A stretch of 64,000 bases of DNA, from positions 84,419,830-84,483,829 of the forward strand of contig NC_052164.1 of assembly GCF_902713615.1 (NCBI RefSeq), in the 5' to 3' direction. Within the stretch, counting starts at the first letter, position 1; each line of letters opens with the position of its first letter. This DNA comes from Scyliorhinus canicula. Its lineage: Eukaryota. Under the pieces are notes generated by a model that was given only the letters and a program-made list of their open reading frames with translations, did no database searches and was not told the origin of the DNA. A program made the position numbers and the translations under genes. Below are positions 49,761 to 62,730 of this stretch, piece by piece.

Positions 49761-50902
49761 GTGAAGTTTGGTGGTAATACTGAAGTTATGCGGCGTTATA
49801 CACAACGTGACCACACGGCATTGCAAATCGTTCTTAAGAAGCAATTTAGCAATAAGTAGCATTTTGCAAGTTTCATTCAGTGGTAGCGTAAGAGGGTTTT
49901 AGCTATATGTTTACAGAAAGATTTTATTCTTGTGCAATAATTTTGCAACCTCTGAAACCCTGGTGGAATAATTGAGCAGAAGATAAAGAGAAGAATTCAG
50001 TATTCAGAGCTGCTGTAACATAATTTGTAGCCAAACTGCTATAATTACTTCATCCTATACCTCTATGAAGTACTTATATTGTATTTGAAGTGATTGCTAA
50101 AAATGGAACACCGACAACATAATGATGATCGACCGCTGCATTACAATGAAGAGGAAAATTATCCTGCTGCATTTTTTATTCATGCAATTGATCAGTCATA
50201 CTGAAGTTGCTCGAAACCTGAACACAAGTACAGTAATTTCAGCAATTATAACACATCCGTACATGCACTTCAACTGGCAAACAATGTTATTGCCAAACTG
50301 CAGGGAAAATAAAGCTCACCTCAAAACTTTCAACAAGAATGAGAATGTCACAAGCTCCATCTATAAGTGCTTCATCTTGCCGTTGTTTCTTTTCATAGGG
50401 TGGATTTAAGCTTTGAATGCTGTTTTCTAATTGCCTGCGCAGTGCCAAGTATGACAATTTCCTATTGAAACACAAAATGGGCAAAGGACCAGACAACTAT
50501 ATTGGATCAGAGTGCATTGCCAATACTTGGAACAGTTTTTACTGTATTACACACAACGTGAAGCCAATTAAATTGCTGGGGAATAAGGCTCTGTTTAAAA
50601 GCCAGAGGAGTGTAGCTAAGGATGGCATGGAAGTAGACAGTTAGATCTTCCACTCAACAATCAAAGATAATTCCATGTGTGTTTTATAAGGCCACGAAGG
50701 GCTCCACACCGAGTAGTTCAAAGAAACTTAATTTATTTACAATCTACATTACATGGTAAATCCCAACTGGATCTGCCTTGCTGGTTCCAAACTGTCCTGC
50801 TTTATATACCCGACAACTATACATTGTTTAGAGGACCCCCACCTCTTAATGGGGAGCTCGTAGTCTGCAAGGTTCACAGAGAAGTTAATTGTTCCTCTCC
50901 TG

Positions 50903-51152
50903 TGTAGTGATATCATGGTTGTGTTCACTGACTGACCACTCGGAGTCTCATTAGTATATCAGTGAATGTTAGAGTTTGATGGCCTCAGACTGACTAGAGA
51001 GCTGGGAGAGTGATTGCTTGTGCATGTTCATACTGTTATTCATCTGTTTTTCTGTATATATTTGGCCCATAATTAATGTTAATAAATCGTTTATAGGTTT
51101 AGCTACAAGTGCTCTTGTTCTATAAACCAGGCCATCTGACAAGAACATCACA
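50903..51152 (+). mobile_element. solo LTR nested in the Gypsy 3' LTR
   Basis: TGTAGTG...CATCACA ends; flanks TCCTG/CCCTG; AATAAA; absent from the partner LTR. Confidence 0.75.
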
Positions 51153-52534
51153 CCCTGTAAAATACTTGTGGGTTATAATGTCCTTCCTTCCCAAAATTCC
51201 GAAGACTCCGCCGATATCTGTGCGGAACGAGGTAGCCAGACTCTCTTTGCATCTGGTTGGATGTTGTGCACCCAAGGTTCCGGAACGGATGGCGTGAACC
51301 TGGAAGGCAAATGCTGCTTCAGAGCGGAACGCCTCGGTGGCTCTTCCGCCCGTGTGCTGTTCAATCCCCATCAGAGATTTACGATGCTTGAGTTTCCATT
51401 TCTGAATCTGTGTCCACGACGTCAGTCATCTCTGCATCTTGACCCCTTTGGAGCCCCATTATGGGCTGCCGCAGAATCAGAGTCTGCTGGATGAGAACTT
51501 CCTGCTCACGAGAAAACCTTCAAAGAATTGATTGCCTGGACCGAAGATGATCAAGTTGCTTTCCCGTGATCCGACCTTGAACTTGTACCTGCTAGGAAAC
51601 TGGCCCTGTCTGTCTGGCAAAGGATAGTCCCAGAGATGCACTGGGCACCATCTGCAAGTTTCAAATATACGCTGAATCACCTGGTCCAAAGGGTCTGGGT
51701 GTCGACATCAAACAGGGCAGCATCCTTGCAGCTCCTGGTTCCACCTATGTCAGGGAAAATCATATTAAGGTGAGTTTGAAGCCTACACCCCATCAGCATT
51801 TCAGCCCCCCCCCCCCCCCCCCAATCACTGCGTGTGGGGTAGTCCTGTCGCAAAATAAGCAACAAGCCAGCCTTGTGTCCATCGAACTTGAAGATTGCTT
51901 CTTGAGACCTCTTTTGAATGTCTCTACCGCCCGCTCCGCTAAACTATTAGAAGCCGTGTGGTATGGGGTGGTACAAAAGTACCGTATCCCATTCACTTTC
52001 AAAATCCCTGAGAAATCCTCACTTGTCTGTAACAAGCACTTCAGGGGTATCGTGCGTGCAAAGTGACAATTGCAACTTCTCGATTGTTGCCTGGGAGGTG
52101 GTCGCCAGCATCCTGTGGACGTCCAGCCATTTTGATTGGGTGTCAATTATTAAGAGGAAGATTGAAATGGAACAGCAAAGGCACCATCCTGGCCATTCCT
52201 AAGGGTGAAGGGGCACAGCCAGTCGGTGTTTCTGGTGCTTCTGATAGACTGAGCATTGCTAGATCATCTTCTCAATGTCCACATCCAGGCCCAGCCACCA
52301 GATGTAACTGTGTGCTAACATCTTCATTTTGGACACCTCTGGATGTCCATTGTGGAGGTCTTTTAATATCAACTCTTGGCCCTTTTTCTTGAATGACGAC
52401 GTGTGTACCCCATAGCAGCATATTGTTCTCCACGTGTAATTCTGACAGTGAGACAAAAACGGCCTTAACTCACCTCGTGGCAGTCGATGTTAACCTACAT
52501 ACAACACAATGTGTCAAACCTTTGCGAGAACCTG

Positions 52535-53350
52535 GGGCGCAATTCTCCGACCCCCATGCCGGGTGGGAGAATCGCGGGAGTGCCGGGCGATTCCCGCCAC
52601 GCCGCCCTGGCACCCACACGCGGGGCGCAATACCCCGACCCCCACGCCGGGTGGGAGAATTGCGGGAGTGCCGGGCGATTCCCGCCATGCCGCCCTGTCA
52701 GCCCCCCGCGATTCTCCCACCCCCCCCCCCAAAACGGCGTGCCGCGTTTCACGACAGGCCGCTCGGAGAATCGCCGCTCGCCGTTTGTAGCAGGCAAGCG
52801 GCGATTCTCCGGCCCGGATGGGCCGAGTGGCCTGCCCAATCCGACGGGTTCACGCCGGTGCTAACCACACCTGGTTGATGCCGGCGTGAACAGCGCGCGT
52901 ACGCTGCATGTGTGGCCTTTGGGCGGGGGGGGGGGGGGAGGATCGAGCACCAGGAGGGCACTCAGTAGGGGTCTGGCCTGCGATTGGTGCCCACCGATCG
53001 GCGGGCCGGCGTCTCTAAAGGAAGCACTCTTTTCCTCCGCCGCCCCGCAAGATCAATCCTCCATTTCTTGCAGGGCGCCTGCGGGGAGGACGGCAACCGC
53101 GCATGCGTGGGTTTGGCGCCGGCCAACCTGCGCATGCGCGGGTGACATCATTTATGTGGCGCCGGCCGTGTAATATATGTGGCGCCGCTTTCATGCAGCG
53201 CCAAGGCCCGGCATGCGTAATTGACGCGCAGCCGCTCCTAGCCCCCTGGTGGTGGGAGATTAGGGGGCGAGGAGCAGCCTCCGATGCCAGAGTGAAACAC
53301 TCCGGTTTTCACTCCGGCGTCGGCACTTAGTCTCCCGATGGGAGACACCA
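52535..53350. mobile_element. Harbinger-like MITE with tandemly duplicated left end, inserted in Gypsy pol
   Basis: GGGCGCAATTCTCC start; about 88-bp unit repeated at 52534 and 52622; right TIR damaged. Confidence 0.78.
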
Positions 53351-56300
53351 TGACAGACAAAGAGTCCATGAAGTTTAGAGCAGCGACCACTTCATCCGGC
53401 CAGGGGCACGATGTGGGGCTGTGGGGCTAGTCAGTTACGGCAAACGGCTCAGTGAACTGGCATTCGCTATCTGGGCCCCGGCCGATGTTCGAAAGAATAA
53501 TCATAGGCGGGCAATAGCAGGGCCCAGCGTTGGATCCTCATGGAGGCAACGGGCGGGACTGCTTTGTCTTCATTAAAAAGTCTGTGTAAAGCCTATGGTC
53601 CATAATAATAGCGAAATGGTGTCCATAAATGTACTGATGAAATGTTTTCATGCGTTATTTACTGCCAGACCTTCCTTTTCGATCTGTGCATATTTCCATT
53701 CGTCCGCAGCCAGTGCCTGAGAGGCAAAAGCAATCGGCCGTTCCCCGCCATTCTCCATCCGGTGTGGCAGGACGGCCTCAATACCGTAAGGCAATGCGTT
53801 GCACATGATGAGTAGGTTTGGCAGGATCGTAGTGGGTCAGTAATCCGGAACACGGTTGCGGGGTTCAAGATGAACATGCCGCAATAGTAAACTACTCCTA
53901 AAAATGAATCAAGTTCTGAGGCGTCTGTCGGAGTGGGGGCCTGCTGAATGGTGCACACCTTGTCCACGATGAGTTGTAAGCCTTCGCGGGCCACTCCATA
54001 ACAAAGGTAGACAACTTCCCTTGCACTGAGGACACATTTCGCCCGCCACAAGCAGACACCAGACTCAGAGACACGTTCCAGTACTGCCTCAAGGTTCACC
54101 AGGTGCTCTCGTTTGGTCGCTCCGTGCCCATCACGTCATCTAAATAAACCGGCACGTGCAGCAACCGCCTCAGGGTGTTCTCCATGACTCATTGAAATAC
54201 AGCACAGGCAGAGGACACCTCGAAAGGCAGCCGAGTGTACTGGTACAGTCCTCTTTGAGTATTTATCATAACATATTTCCGGGAGGCCACATCCATCTCA
54301 AGCTGTAAATATGCACGGCTCGTGTCGAGCTTCGTGAACAAACGTCCACCCACCAGCTTCTCGTAAAGATCTTCAATGCGGATATGGGCTAGCGATCCAA
54401 CCTTAAAGCTGTATTGTCTGGTTTTAACAGCAGCACCACCAACGCTGCACAATCTGCAAAACTGATGGGTCTGATTGCACCCAGATTCTCCAACCTGCTG
54501 AGTTCAGTTTCTATTTTTTCCAACAAAGCATAGGGGCCTGGCCATGCCCAGAAATACCGAGGTTGGGCTCCTGAGTCAACATAAATGCGAGCTACATCCG
54601 CTTTAATCTTCCCCAGTCCGGGTTGAAATACTTGGGGGGTACATGCCAAACACTTTGCTTAAGCTCCCAGACCCCATCCGGAGGCTGCACTACCAATTTC
54701 GCTGTAAATGGCTCAACCAGTCACAACCCGACCCGACAAACTTGGGATTTGTTCCCCGACCACAATAAATGAGAGGCGCACTGATTGATAACCATAAAGC
54801 CCCGGAGTCTTGGTAATACCTGCAATGTCCAATGATTCACCATTGTCGGTGGCCGAACGCGGCGTTAAATCGGTTAGGTCCAAATTCTGTATTCCTTGTT
54901 TAATGCAGTCAAACATACTCTGCCCCACAACGGAAACTGCCAAGCCAGTGTCCAGTTCCATGTCCAGCAAATCCCCGTTCACCTGCACCGTAATCCTTAT
55001 GGGGGCCAGCCGAGGCACCGTCACGCAATTTAACTGCATTCAGTCATCTTCTCCAGGCTCATCCATGTGGAAGGCACAGGTTCTGGGCTGATGTCCACCT
55101 CTACCGAGGCACCTGGATCTCTAGTTGGGCTGCGTTCTGCACTCTTGCCTGGGCCGGTGACCACACACCTTGCCCTCAGCGGATTCCGGGGCGGTTTCCC
55201 GTTAGAATGCCAATGGATCGTGCCTTTAGGGCACTAGGTCCAAGGCAGGATAGTGGTCAGGGATGGGTTCTGTGCCTAGAGGGGGCGCAACCTCTCGCAT
55301 CTACTTCCACGCCTTGTATTTCCTGAACCCCTCGCTCTGCGCTTCCTCGGGACAGCAAACTTTGTATGGCTTGTTGCACATTCACGGAAGTTCAACCAAT
55401 AGTTTCTTTTGGATGGCTGCATTGTTAATGCCGCACACTAGACGGTCTCACAGCACTTCCTGCAGGGCAATGCCATATTCACAAAGCTCGGCAATCTTGC
55501 ACAGCCTGGACAATGTCTCGGTGACGGACTCACCCGGGGTCTTCTCTGCAATATTAAAATGATACCGCTGTATGATAATGGATGGAGTTTGGTTAAAGTG
55601 CTGCCCCACTAAAGTGACTAATTGGCCCAAAATTTGGGTGTTCGACGCCGCCAGGTAGATAAGGCTTTGTATCACTCCGAACGTATGTGTGCCACAGGCA
55701 GTCAGCAAGATGGACTGTCTGGCGATCATTCTCTGTGATATTGTTTGCTCTGAAAAAGTAACGCATTCACTCCATATACTGATTCCAGTCTGCCAAGCTG
55801 GTGTCAAGGACATCTAACCGTTGATCAGAGATATAATGAAGAGAAAATTCTAACATTTATTCAACAGGGACCAGGAGATGGCTTATCCAATAGTGCAGCA
55901 ATGTTGATTCAGTTTGACCCTCATCGCCAGTTTTATAAGGCCACAAAGGAGACCACACTGAGTAATTCAAGGAAACTTAATTTATTTGCAATAACTATTA
56001 TATACTTCACATGGTAGATCCCAACAGTCTTTCCTGCCAGTGTCTAACAGGCCAGTTTTATATATCTTACAATTATACATTGTTCAGAGGAACTCGTATT
56101 CTGCAAGGTTCACAGGGACATTACTTGTTCGCACCCCGTAAGATACTTGTGGATTACAACAGTCTGACTTAGTTCATGTTCAGAAATACTTTCTCTAACA
56201 AGCCACCATCACCACCAATAAGAACACTAATTTGCAATGAATTCCGGTGATTTTCTCTTTCCCCACAAAATAGTCACAATCAAAGGTTGCTCTCTTTCAA

Positions 56301-56467
56301 GCTCCGTAGGTTAAGGGGAGATTTAGGAGAGGTGTTCAAAACCCTGAAGCATTTTGATAGTTGAGAGGAGGAGAAACAGTTTCCAATGGCAGAAAGATCG
56401 ATAACCAGGGTACATGGGTTTACAGCAATTGCAAAAGTGCCAGAGGTTATATGAGAAAAAATTATTA

Positions 56468-57775
56468 TGATCAGGCCGGTTAGCCTGACTTCAATTGTTG
56501 ATAAGATTTTAGAGTCTATTATTAAGGATGAGATTGTGGATTACTCAGAAGTGCATGGTAAAATAGGACTGCATCAGTACGGATTCTTCAAGGGGAGGTC
56601 ACACCTGACAAACCTGTTAGAATTCTTTGAGGAGGTAATGAGGAAGTTAGACAAAGGAGAACCAGTGGACGATATCTATTTGGATTTCCAGAAGGTCTTT
56701 GACAAGATACCGTAAAGGAAGCTGCTAAATAAGTTAAGAGCATATGGTGTTCGGGGAAAAGTATTGGCATGGAAAGAAGAGTGGCTGACTGGCAGAAGGC
56801 AGAGAGTGGGGAAACGGGGTCCTTTTCAGGATGGCAGCTGGTGACTAGTGGTGTTCCGCAGGAGTCAGTGCTGGGACCATAGCTATTTACAATATGCATT
56901 AACGATCTGGAAGAAGGGGAAAAAAAAGGTTAGGTGGGGTTGCTGGTTTATGGGGATGGGGTGGAGGCGTGGGTTTGGGTGGCGTGCTCTTTCTGAGGCC
57001 TGGTGGGAGACTCGATGGGCCGAATGGCCTCCTTCTGCACTATAAATTCTACTACTCTATAACTGAGGGCATTGTTGCTAAGTTTACAGCTGATACAAAG
57101 ATATGTAAAGGGAGAGGTTGTACTGTGGAAGCAGAGAGGCTGCAGAAGGACTTGGACAGGTGAGGAGAATGGGCAAAGAAGTGGCCGATGGAATGCAATG
57201 TGGGAAAGTGTGAGGTTATGCACTTCGGTAGGAAGAATATTTTCTAATAGGCGAGTTTCTAAATGGGAAAAGGCTTTGGAAGCCAGAAGTACAAAGGGAC
57301 TTAGAAGTCCTAGTTCAGGATTCTCTTAAAGTTAACATGTAGGTTCAGTTGGCAGTTAGGAAGGCAAATACAATGTTAGCATTCATGTTGAGCGGGTTAG
57401 GATACAAGAGCAGGCATTTACTGTTGAGGCTGTCAAAGACTATCGTCAGACCCTATTTGAAATATTGTGAGCAATTCTGGGTCACGTATCAAAGGAAGGA
57501 TGTGCTGGCCTTGGAGAGGACCCAGAGGAGGTTCACAAGAATGATCCCCAGAATGAAAGACTTGTAATATGAAGAGCGGTTGAGGACTTCCTGTGCTCAA
57601 TAGCGTTTAGAAGAATGAAGGGGGGTCTCATTGAAACTTACAGAATACGGAGAGGCCTAGATAGAGTGAACATGGAGAGCATGTCTCCACTCGTAGGAGA
57701 AACTAGAACCCGAGGGCACAGCCTTAGACTAAAGGGACGATTCTTTAAAACAGAGAAGAGGAGGAATTTCTTCAA
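56468..57775 (+). mobile_element. CR1 LINE RT fragment interrupted by an HE1 SINE 3' part (56920-57055)
   Basis: RPVSLTSIVDKILESII; YLDFQKVFDKIP; KFTADTK; RPYLKYCEQFW. Confidence 0.9.
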
Positions 57776-59282
57776 CGGTGACAGTCGGTTATCAAAGCTA
57801 GTGTATAATATCATTCTCCACAACAACTGGTGCATATAATTTCTAGGATAATCTCTCTATCCCACTCCCGCCACACAGAATGTGGAACTGAATTTGATCC
57901 TTTATTTAAAATAGATAAATTAAAATGAGTCTTGTGAGTTTCTGACCATTTTCTGAGACTGTTCTATTCCATTGCACTGATGACAGTACCAAGTTAGTGG
58001 GATCAACAGCAGGACCAACGCATGGACACAGAACAAAACCGGTATCTAAGACACAGGTTTTGAACTGTATCAATCTTTGATTAAATTTTCCCTTTAAAAA
58101 TAAAAATGACTGGTATTGTCCATATGCTATTTTAAGTGTCTCTCCACCAGTCTTCTGTGACTATGGTGGTAAGCATCGGTTTCTGGGTTTTTTTGATCCA
58201 AGGTAAGTGGCTCAACAGAAACTCAACTGTGCAAATGTAGAATCCTTGATTTGTGTGGTGTACAGGGCAGGAAAGGTGCGGGGGAGCTTGGGAATGGGTG
58301 ATGAACATGGCACAGCCATGGGTGTGAAGGCCCCTCTTATCGTGCAGGATCCCACTGCTCAAAGGTTTGTCAAGACAATCTGTCACTGCTCCCAGGCTTC
58401 AGGCTAAATTAGACATGGTCTCATCAGGAGCCAATCAAACCTGTCCTGCCTATTTAACGTTGAAAAGGGGAGCCCCAGTGTAGGTAACCCCAGATAATTG
58501 AATAGTATTTGAAAATTGAAGTTGTAGGTGTTCCACAACTAAGCCTGGGATTTTTGATAATGAGTTTCAACCTATTGTCTTGTCCTTCAGTCAGGCAGTT
58601 TAACTTTAATCCATCTGACTATACTTCTATAGTATCTATCATTCCTTCATTAAAGAAAAATGGATTTTTATTCAAAGGCTTTCGACACTGATGTTTGATG
58701 CAGTACAATGTCACATTACCTGAGAAAAGCAAGTAGTTCAACAATGCATTATTTATCAAGTGGCTGCATTCTTTATAGTGCAAAATGTCAATGCAAGTGA
58801 TTCCCCACTGTTGAATAGAGACTATTTTTCTTCTGTGGAATCTCACTGTATAATGTTGAATACAAAGATTATCCATGAAGGTCACTTTGCAAGCACATCT
58901 TTGAAATGTGTATACCTGAACAATGAGATAAAGTATGTGCATTTACACAAAGGCTTTCAAAGCGCTAGAAACAAAAAGAAGTTTGCAAATAGAACATGAA
59001 GAAGATTCTTGAATGGTTGAATCATGGAGCTAGAAAAATTCTAGCAGTCTGGAACGAAAGTACGGACTGCAAAAAGAATTTGACTGGGCAAATCATTAAT
59101 TTAATAAATACTGTCTCATTCTTTTTTTTAATGTTGCTAATTTCTCTCCAAAGGTTTTCCATGCTTGCTTCTTATGCTGAAATGATTGATTCAACGTTGT
59201 GGAATAGTTCCATGGGACAGGTCATCCTCTGTTAACTCGCTCATTTAGCTGGTTGTTCATTTGTTAACTTTGAGAATCGGAA

Positions 59283-59878
59283 GGGGCGACACGGTGGCGC
59301 AGCGGTTAGCACTGCTGCATCACGGCCCCGGGTCACTCTCTGTGTGGATTGGATTGGATTGGATTTGTTTATTGTCACGTGTACAGAGGTACAATGAAAA
59401 GTATTTTTCTTCGAGCAGCTCAACAGATCATGAAGTACATGGGAAGAAAAGGGAATAAAAGAAAATACATAATGAAATGAAATGAAAAATGAAATGAAAA
59501 TCGCTTATTGTCACGAGTAGGCTTCAATGAAGTTACTGCGAAAATCCCCTAGTCACCACATTCCAGCACCTGTCCAGGGAGGCTGGTACGGGAATTGAAC
59601 CGTGCTGCTGGCCTGCTTGGTCTGCTTTAAAAGCCAGCGATTTAGCCGAGTGAGCTAAACCAGCCCCCATAATATAATAGGGCAACACAAGGTATACAAT
59701 GTAACTACATAAGCACTGGCATTGGATGAAGCATACATCGAATTGGCACGTTCTCCCCGTGTCTATGTTCGTCTCACTCTCAAAACCCAAAGATGTGCAG
59801 GGTAGGTGGATTGGCTGTGTTAAATTGTCCCTTAATTGGAAAAAGAAAGAATTGGGCACTTTAAATTAAAAAAAACTT
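59283..59878 (+). mobile_element. HE1-related SINE containing a LINE 3' end (-, about 59346-59737) that contains a family-B SINE (-, 59474-59667)
   Basis: Outer head GGGGCGACACGGTGGCGCAG resumes at about 59740; middle element ends GTGACAATAAACAA(ATCCA)n; inner SINE TSD CATAAT. Confidence 0.78.
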
Positions 59879-61625
59879 TGATAATCGGTGAGCAGCGCGA
59901 GCCGGTGTTTAGCATGAGATGCCACCTCGATAAAACAGCTGAAGCACATACTAGGAACAGTTGCCAAGGGGCTGCTTGACAAATACCAGTGACCACAAAG
60001 GAGGGCACACGGTGAACTTGGTCACAAAAAAGTAACAGCATTTTGATGGCCCTCTCTTGATAGCAACCAGAGTTACCGAAAGGGATACTCACTTTTCATG
60101 TTCACGTGCAGCTGGAGCTGCGAAGAGCATCTCAGAAAGACATTCGGAGACTGTCTGGGATACTTTGTTAAGAACTCTAGCAATATTTATACTGAAAATC
60201 CTTTGAGGATATCACTTAAAAGGAGGAAGTGAAACGAGTTAAGTGTCACGCTATTCCACTTTACGGTTTGCAAGTCACCAGGAGAAAGAAATTGCTTGGC
60301 CTTCTTGATCTGGATAAGGTGCGAGAAGAGGAAAGAAGGGCGGTCAGAGCTGCACTAGCTGCTCTAGGAGCTGGAGGCAGGAGAGCATTGATGTCACTCC
60401 TTAAAGACACAGGACATCCTCTTTTTCTGAAGTATAATATCCTTGTTCTCAATGTATTGACACAGAATATTCACAGTCTGTTGAAGAAAGGAAAACATCA
60501 TCTTTATTGGAACCCGTCTTATTCACTACTGATTCTCACCATCAGGTTGTACAAGAGAGAGCAAGGTCAGGAAACATTGCATCATTTCCTGTGTTTCATC
60601 AGCAGATCACACAGTTAGAACCTACTGTACAACATCTCCCCAAGACTCTGATTCTCCCCATAATACATTTCACCCCCAGTGCCCCACTTCCAAACCTCTG
60701 AATTCAATTTCTTATTTTTATTGGGACAATTGCAGTGCCCATCTATCCAAACAGGTTCACAGTTGCTTTGAAGAAGATTGGGGTCCTGCAGGTAATCTAT
60801 CAGTCTCTGCTGAGCAGAAAGAGAATTTGTCGATGACTCTGGTTCATCAAACTGGTTGTCATTGGGATCTCTCGGTGAACGCAGCATCTCTGGTCTGTTC
60901 AGTTAGACTGATTTATCCATGTAGGAGGTTGCTTCGGTGTAGCAACTGGTGCATGTCTGTTCCTTTTCACCATATTGTTTCTGGTTTGAATGAGGTAGGA
61001 CTGTGGATGCGATGTCCGCTCAACCAGTTGTCCATAACCAACTTAGCCTCAGATTCAAACTGGCTCTCCTGGTTGGAGGTCTGGAATGTTGTGCACTTTG
61101 TGACATTTGTCATAATTTCACATCTGGTTGCAATGATACTCATCCTCTTTCTCCACCACCATTTCTAACTCATCAGTTTTTACTCCTGGCATGAGTGTGT
61201 GTGGGAGAGGAAGGATTTGAGTTCCTGTCTCTTTCCCATTGGGGGTTTACAGGGTGCTAAACTATTCTGGAATGAAGGTGAATGATAGCTCAGAATTGCA
61301 ATGGATGTTATCGCTCTTTTTCAGTAATGCTTTCACTGAACACATTCCTCTTTCAGCTTCATCATTGACTTGAGGGTATCTTGGTGAGCAAGTACTATGA
61401 TGTCAATAACTCTTCAAAGTATTCATAGACAAACTGTGGTTCATTGTCTGAGATTGCAAACTCTGGGATTTCATGTGTTGCAAAAATCTCCTTCAGCAAT
61501 GTCATCGCTGCTTCCGAAGTGTGACCGTTTAATGATTTGACTTTTATCCATTTGGATAGTTCTCTGCTACAATCAAAAATATCTTACCTCAGTGTTCAAA
61601 GAGATTTATCCCAAGACGTTCCCAT

Positions 61626-61955
61626 GGGCAGCACAGTGGCACAGTGGTTAGCACTGCTGCCTCACAGCACCAGGGACGCGGGTTCAATTCCGGCCTCGGT
61701 GGCTGTATGTGTTGAGTTTGCACTTCCTCTCCGTGTCTGTGTGGGTTTCTTCTGGGTGCTCCAGTTTCCTCCCATAGTCGAAAGATGGGCAGGTTAGGTG
61801 GATTGGCCATGCTGAATTGCCCCTTTGTGTCCAAGAGATTAGATTGCTTAAGGCGATCGGATGTGGGTGTGGGCCTGGGCAGGGTGCTCGTTCCAAGGGC
61901 TGGTGCAGACTCGATGGGCCGAATTGCCTCCTTCTGCACTGTCGAGATTCTCCAT
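61626..61955 (+). mobile_element. HE1-type SINE, full length
   Basis: Head, core and CR1-like tail all present. Confidence 0.9.
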
Positions 61956-62551
61956 TGATTCTTTGGTCTTGATGGAAGATTACATCAATGTTTCCTTTAA
62001 CCCCTGAAAGTGAATAAATAGCACAAGTAATAAAGTTTGAAATCATCTCTCCTAATGACTTACACAGACCTGGCCACCATGCTCAGGCTTGACAACTTGC
62101 AAATCCCAAATGTCCCGACTGCAATAATTCTTGGAATGACCATTCTCTCTTCATAGATGAGTAAATCATACACTGAGGTATTGTCTCTCTTCACAGAGAA
62201 TGGGATTGTGTGGCATGTATGTTGGCTATCCTTTGGCGCAGTACTGTTTTTCTGGAACATACTTTGTCTTTGCATCAAACGTCACTGTCCTCAGTCTGAA
62301 TCACTGTGCTACTGTGCCGCCCAGGTAGTGATTCATTGTCAACAGCGAGATTGAGACTTTCCAACCTGCTCTATCATATCCACAAACCTCTGCAGCTCAG
62401 TCATGATCCAAGGAGCTTGAAACTCTGACACCGGATACATCCACAACATTCCCAGGGAACTTGACAGGCAGCTCGGGGAATTTGCATTTCTGGCTTAGTG
62501 CTTCCTGTCGGCTTTGGAGCACAGCTCGCACTTTAATCTCACATCTTTATG

Positions 62552-62730
62552 AGTGCAGTAAGAAGTCTTACAACACCAGATTAAAGTCCAACAGGTTTGT
62601 TTCGAATCACAAGCTTTCGGAGCACAGCTCCTTCATCAAGTGAGTGAAGAGATGGTTTCCACAACCGCATATACAGACAAAGTCAATGAGGAAAGATGAT
62701 ACTTTGATTGAAAGTATTTGCAGGTAATTA
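62552..62730 (-). mobile_element. Penelope-like element terminal fragment
   Basis: Interrupts Gypsy pol; carries a hammerhead motif followed by AAACAAACCTGTTGGACTTTAA.CTGGTGTTGT. Confidence 0.6.
62608..62642 (-). ncRNA. minimal type-I hammerhead ribozyme motif, probably inactivated
   Basis: CAC-TTGATGA-A-GGAGC-TGT-GCTCC-GAAA-GCTT-GTG; the first base of the CUGAUGA core is changed to U. Confidence 0.6.

Larger units (their letters stand above)
50680..56161 (-). mobile_element. Gypsy LTR retrotransposon (Mag/K02A2.6-like), full span but decayed
   Basis: LTRs 55930-56161 and 50680-51179; PBS TGGCGATGAGG; PPT GGGAAGGAAGGA; gag ILLTACG..PGESVTE; PR MELDTGLAVS; RT FTKLDTSRAYLQ, YLDD; INT PYHTASNSLAERAV. 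Confidence 0.92.

Noticed and set aside
60229-60618. 129-aa plus-strand ORF
   Set aside because: Non-ATG start, runs into an LTR, no recognisable homology.
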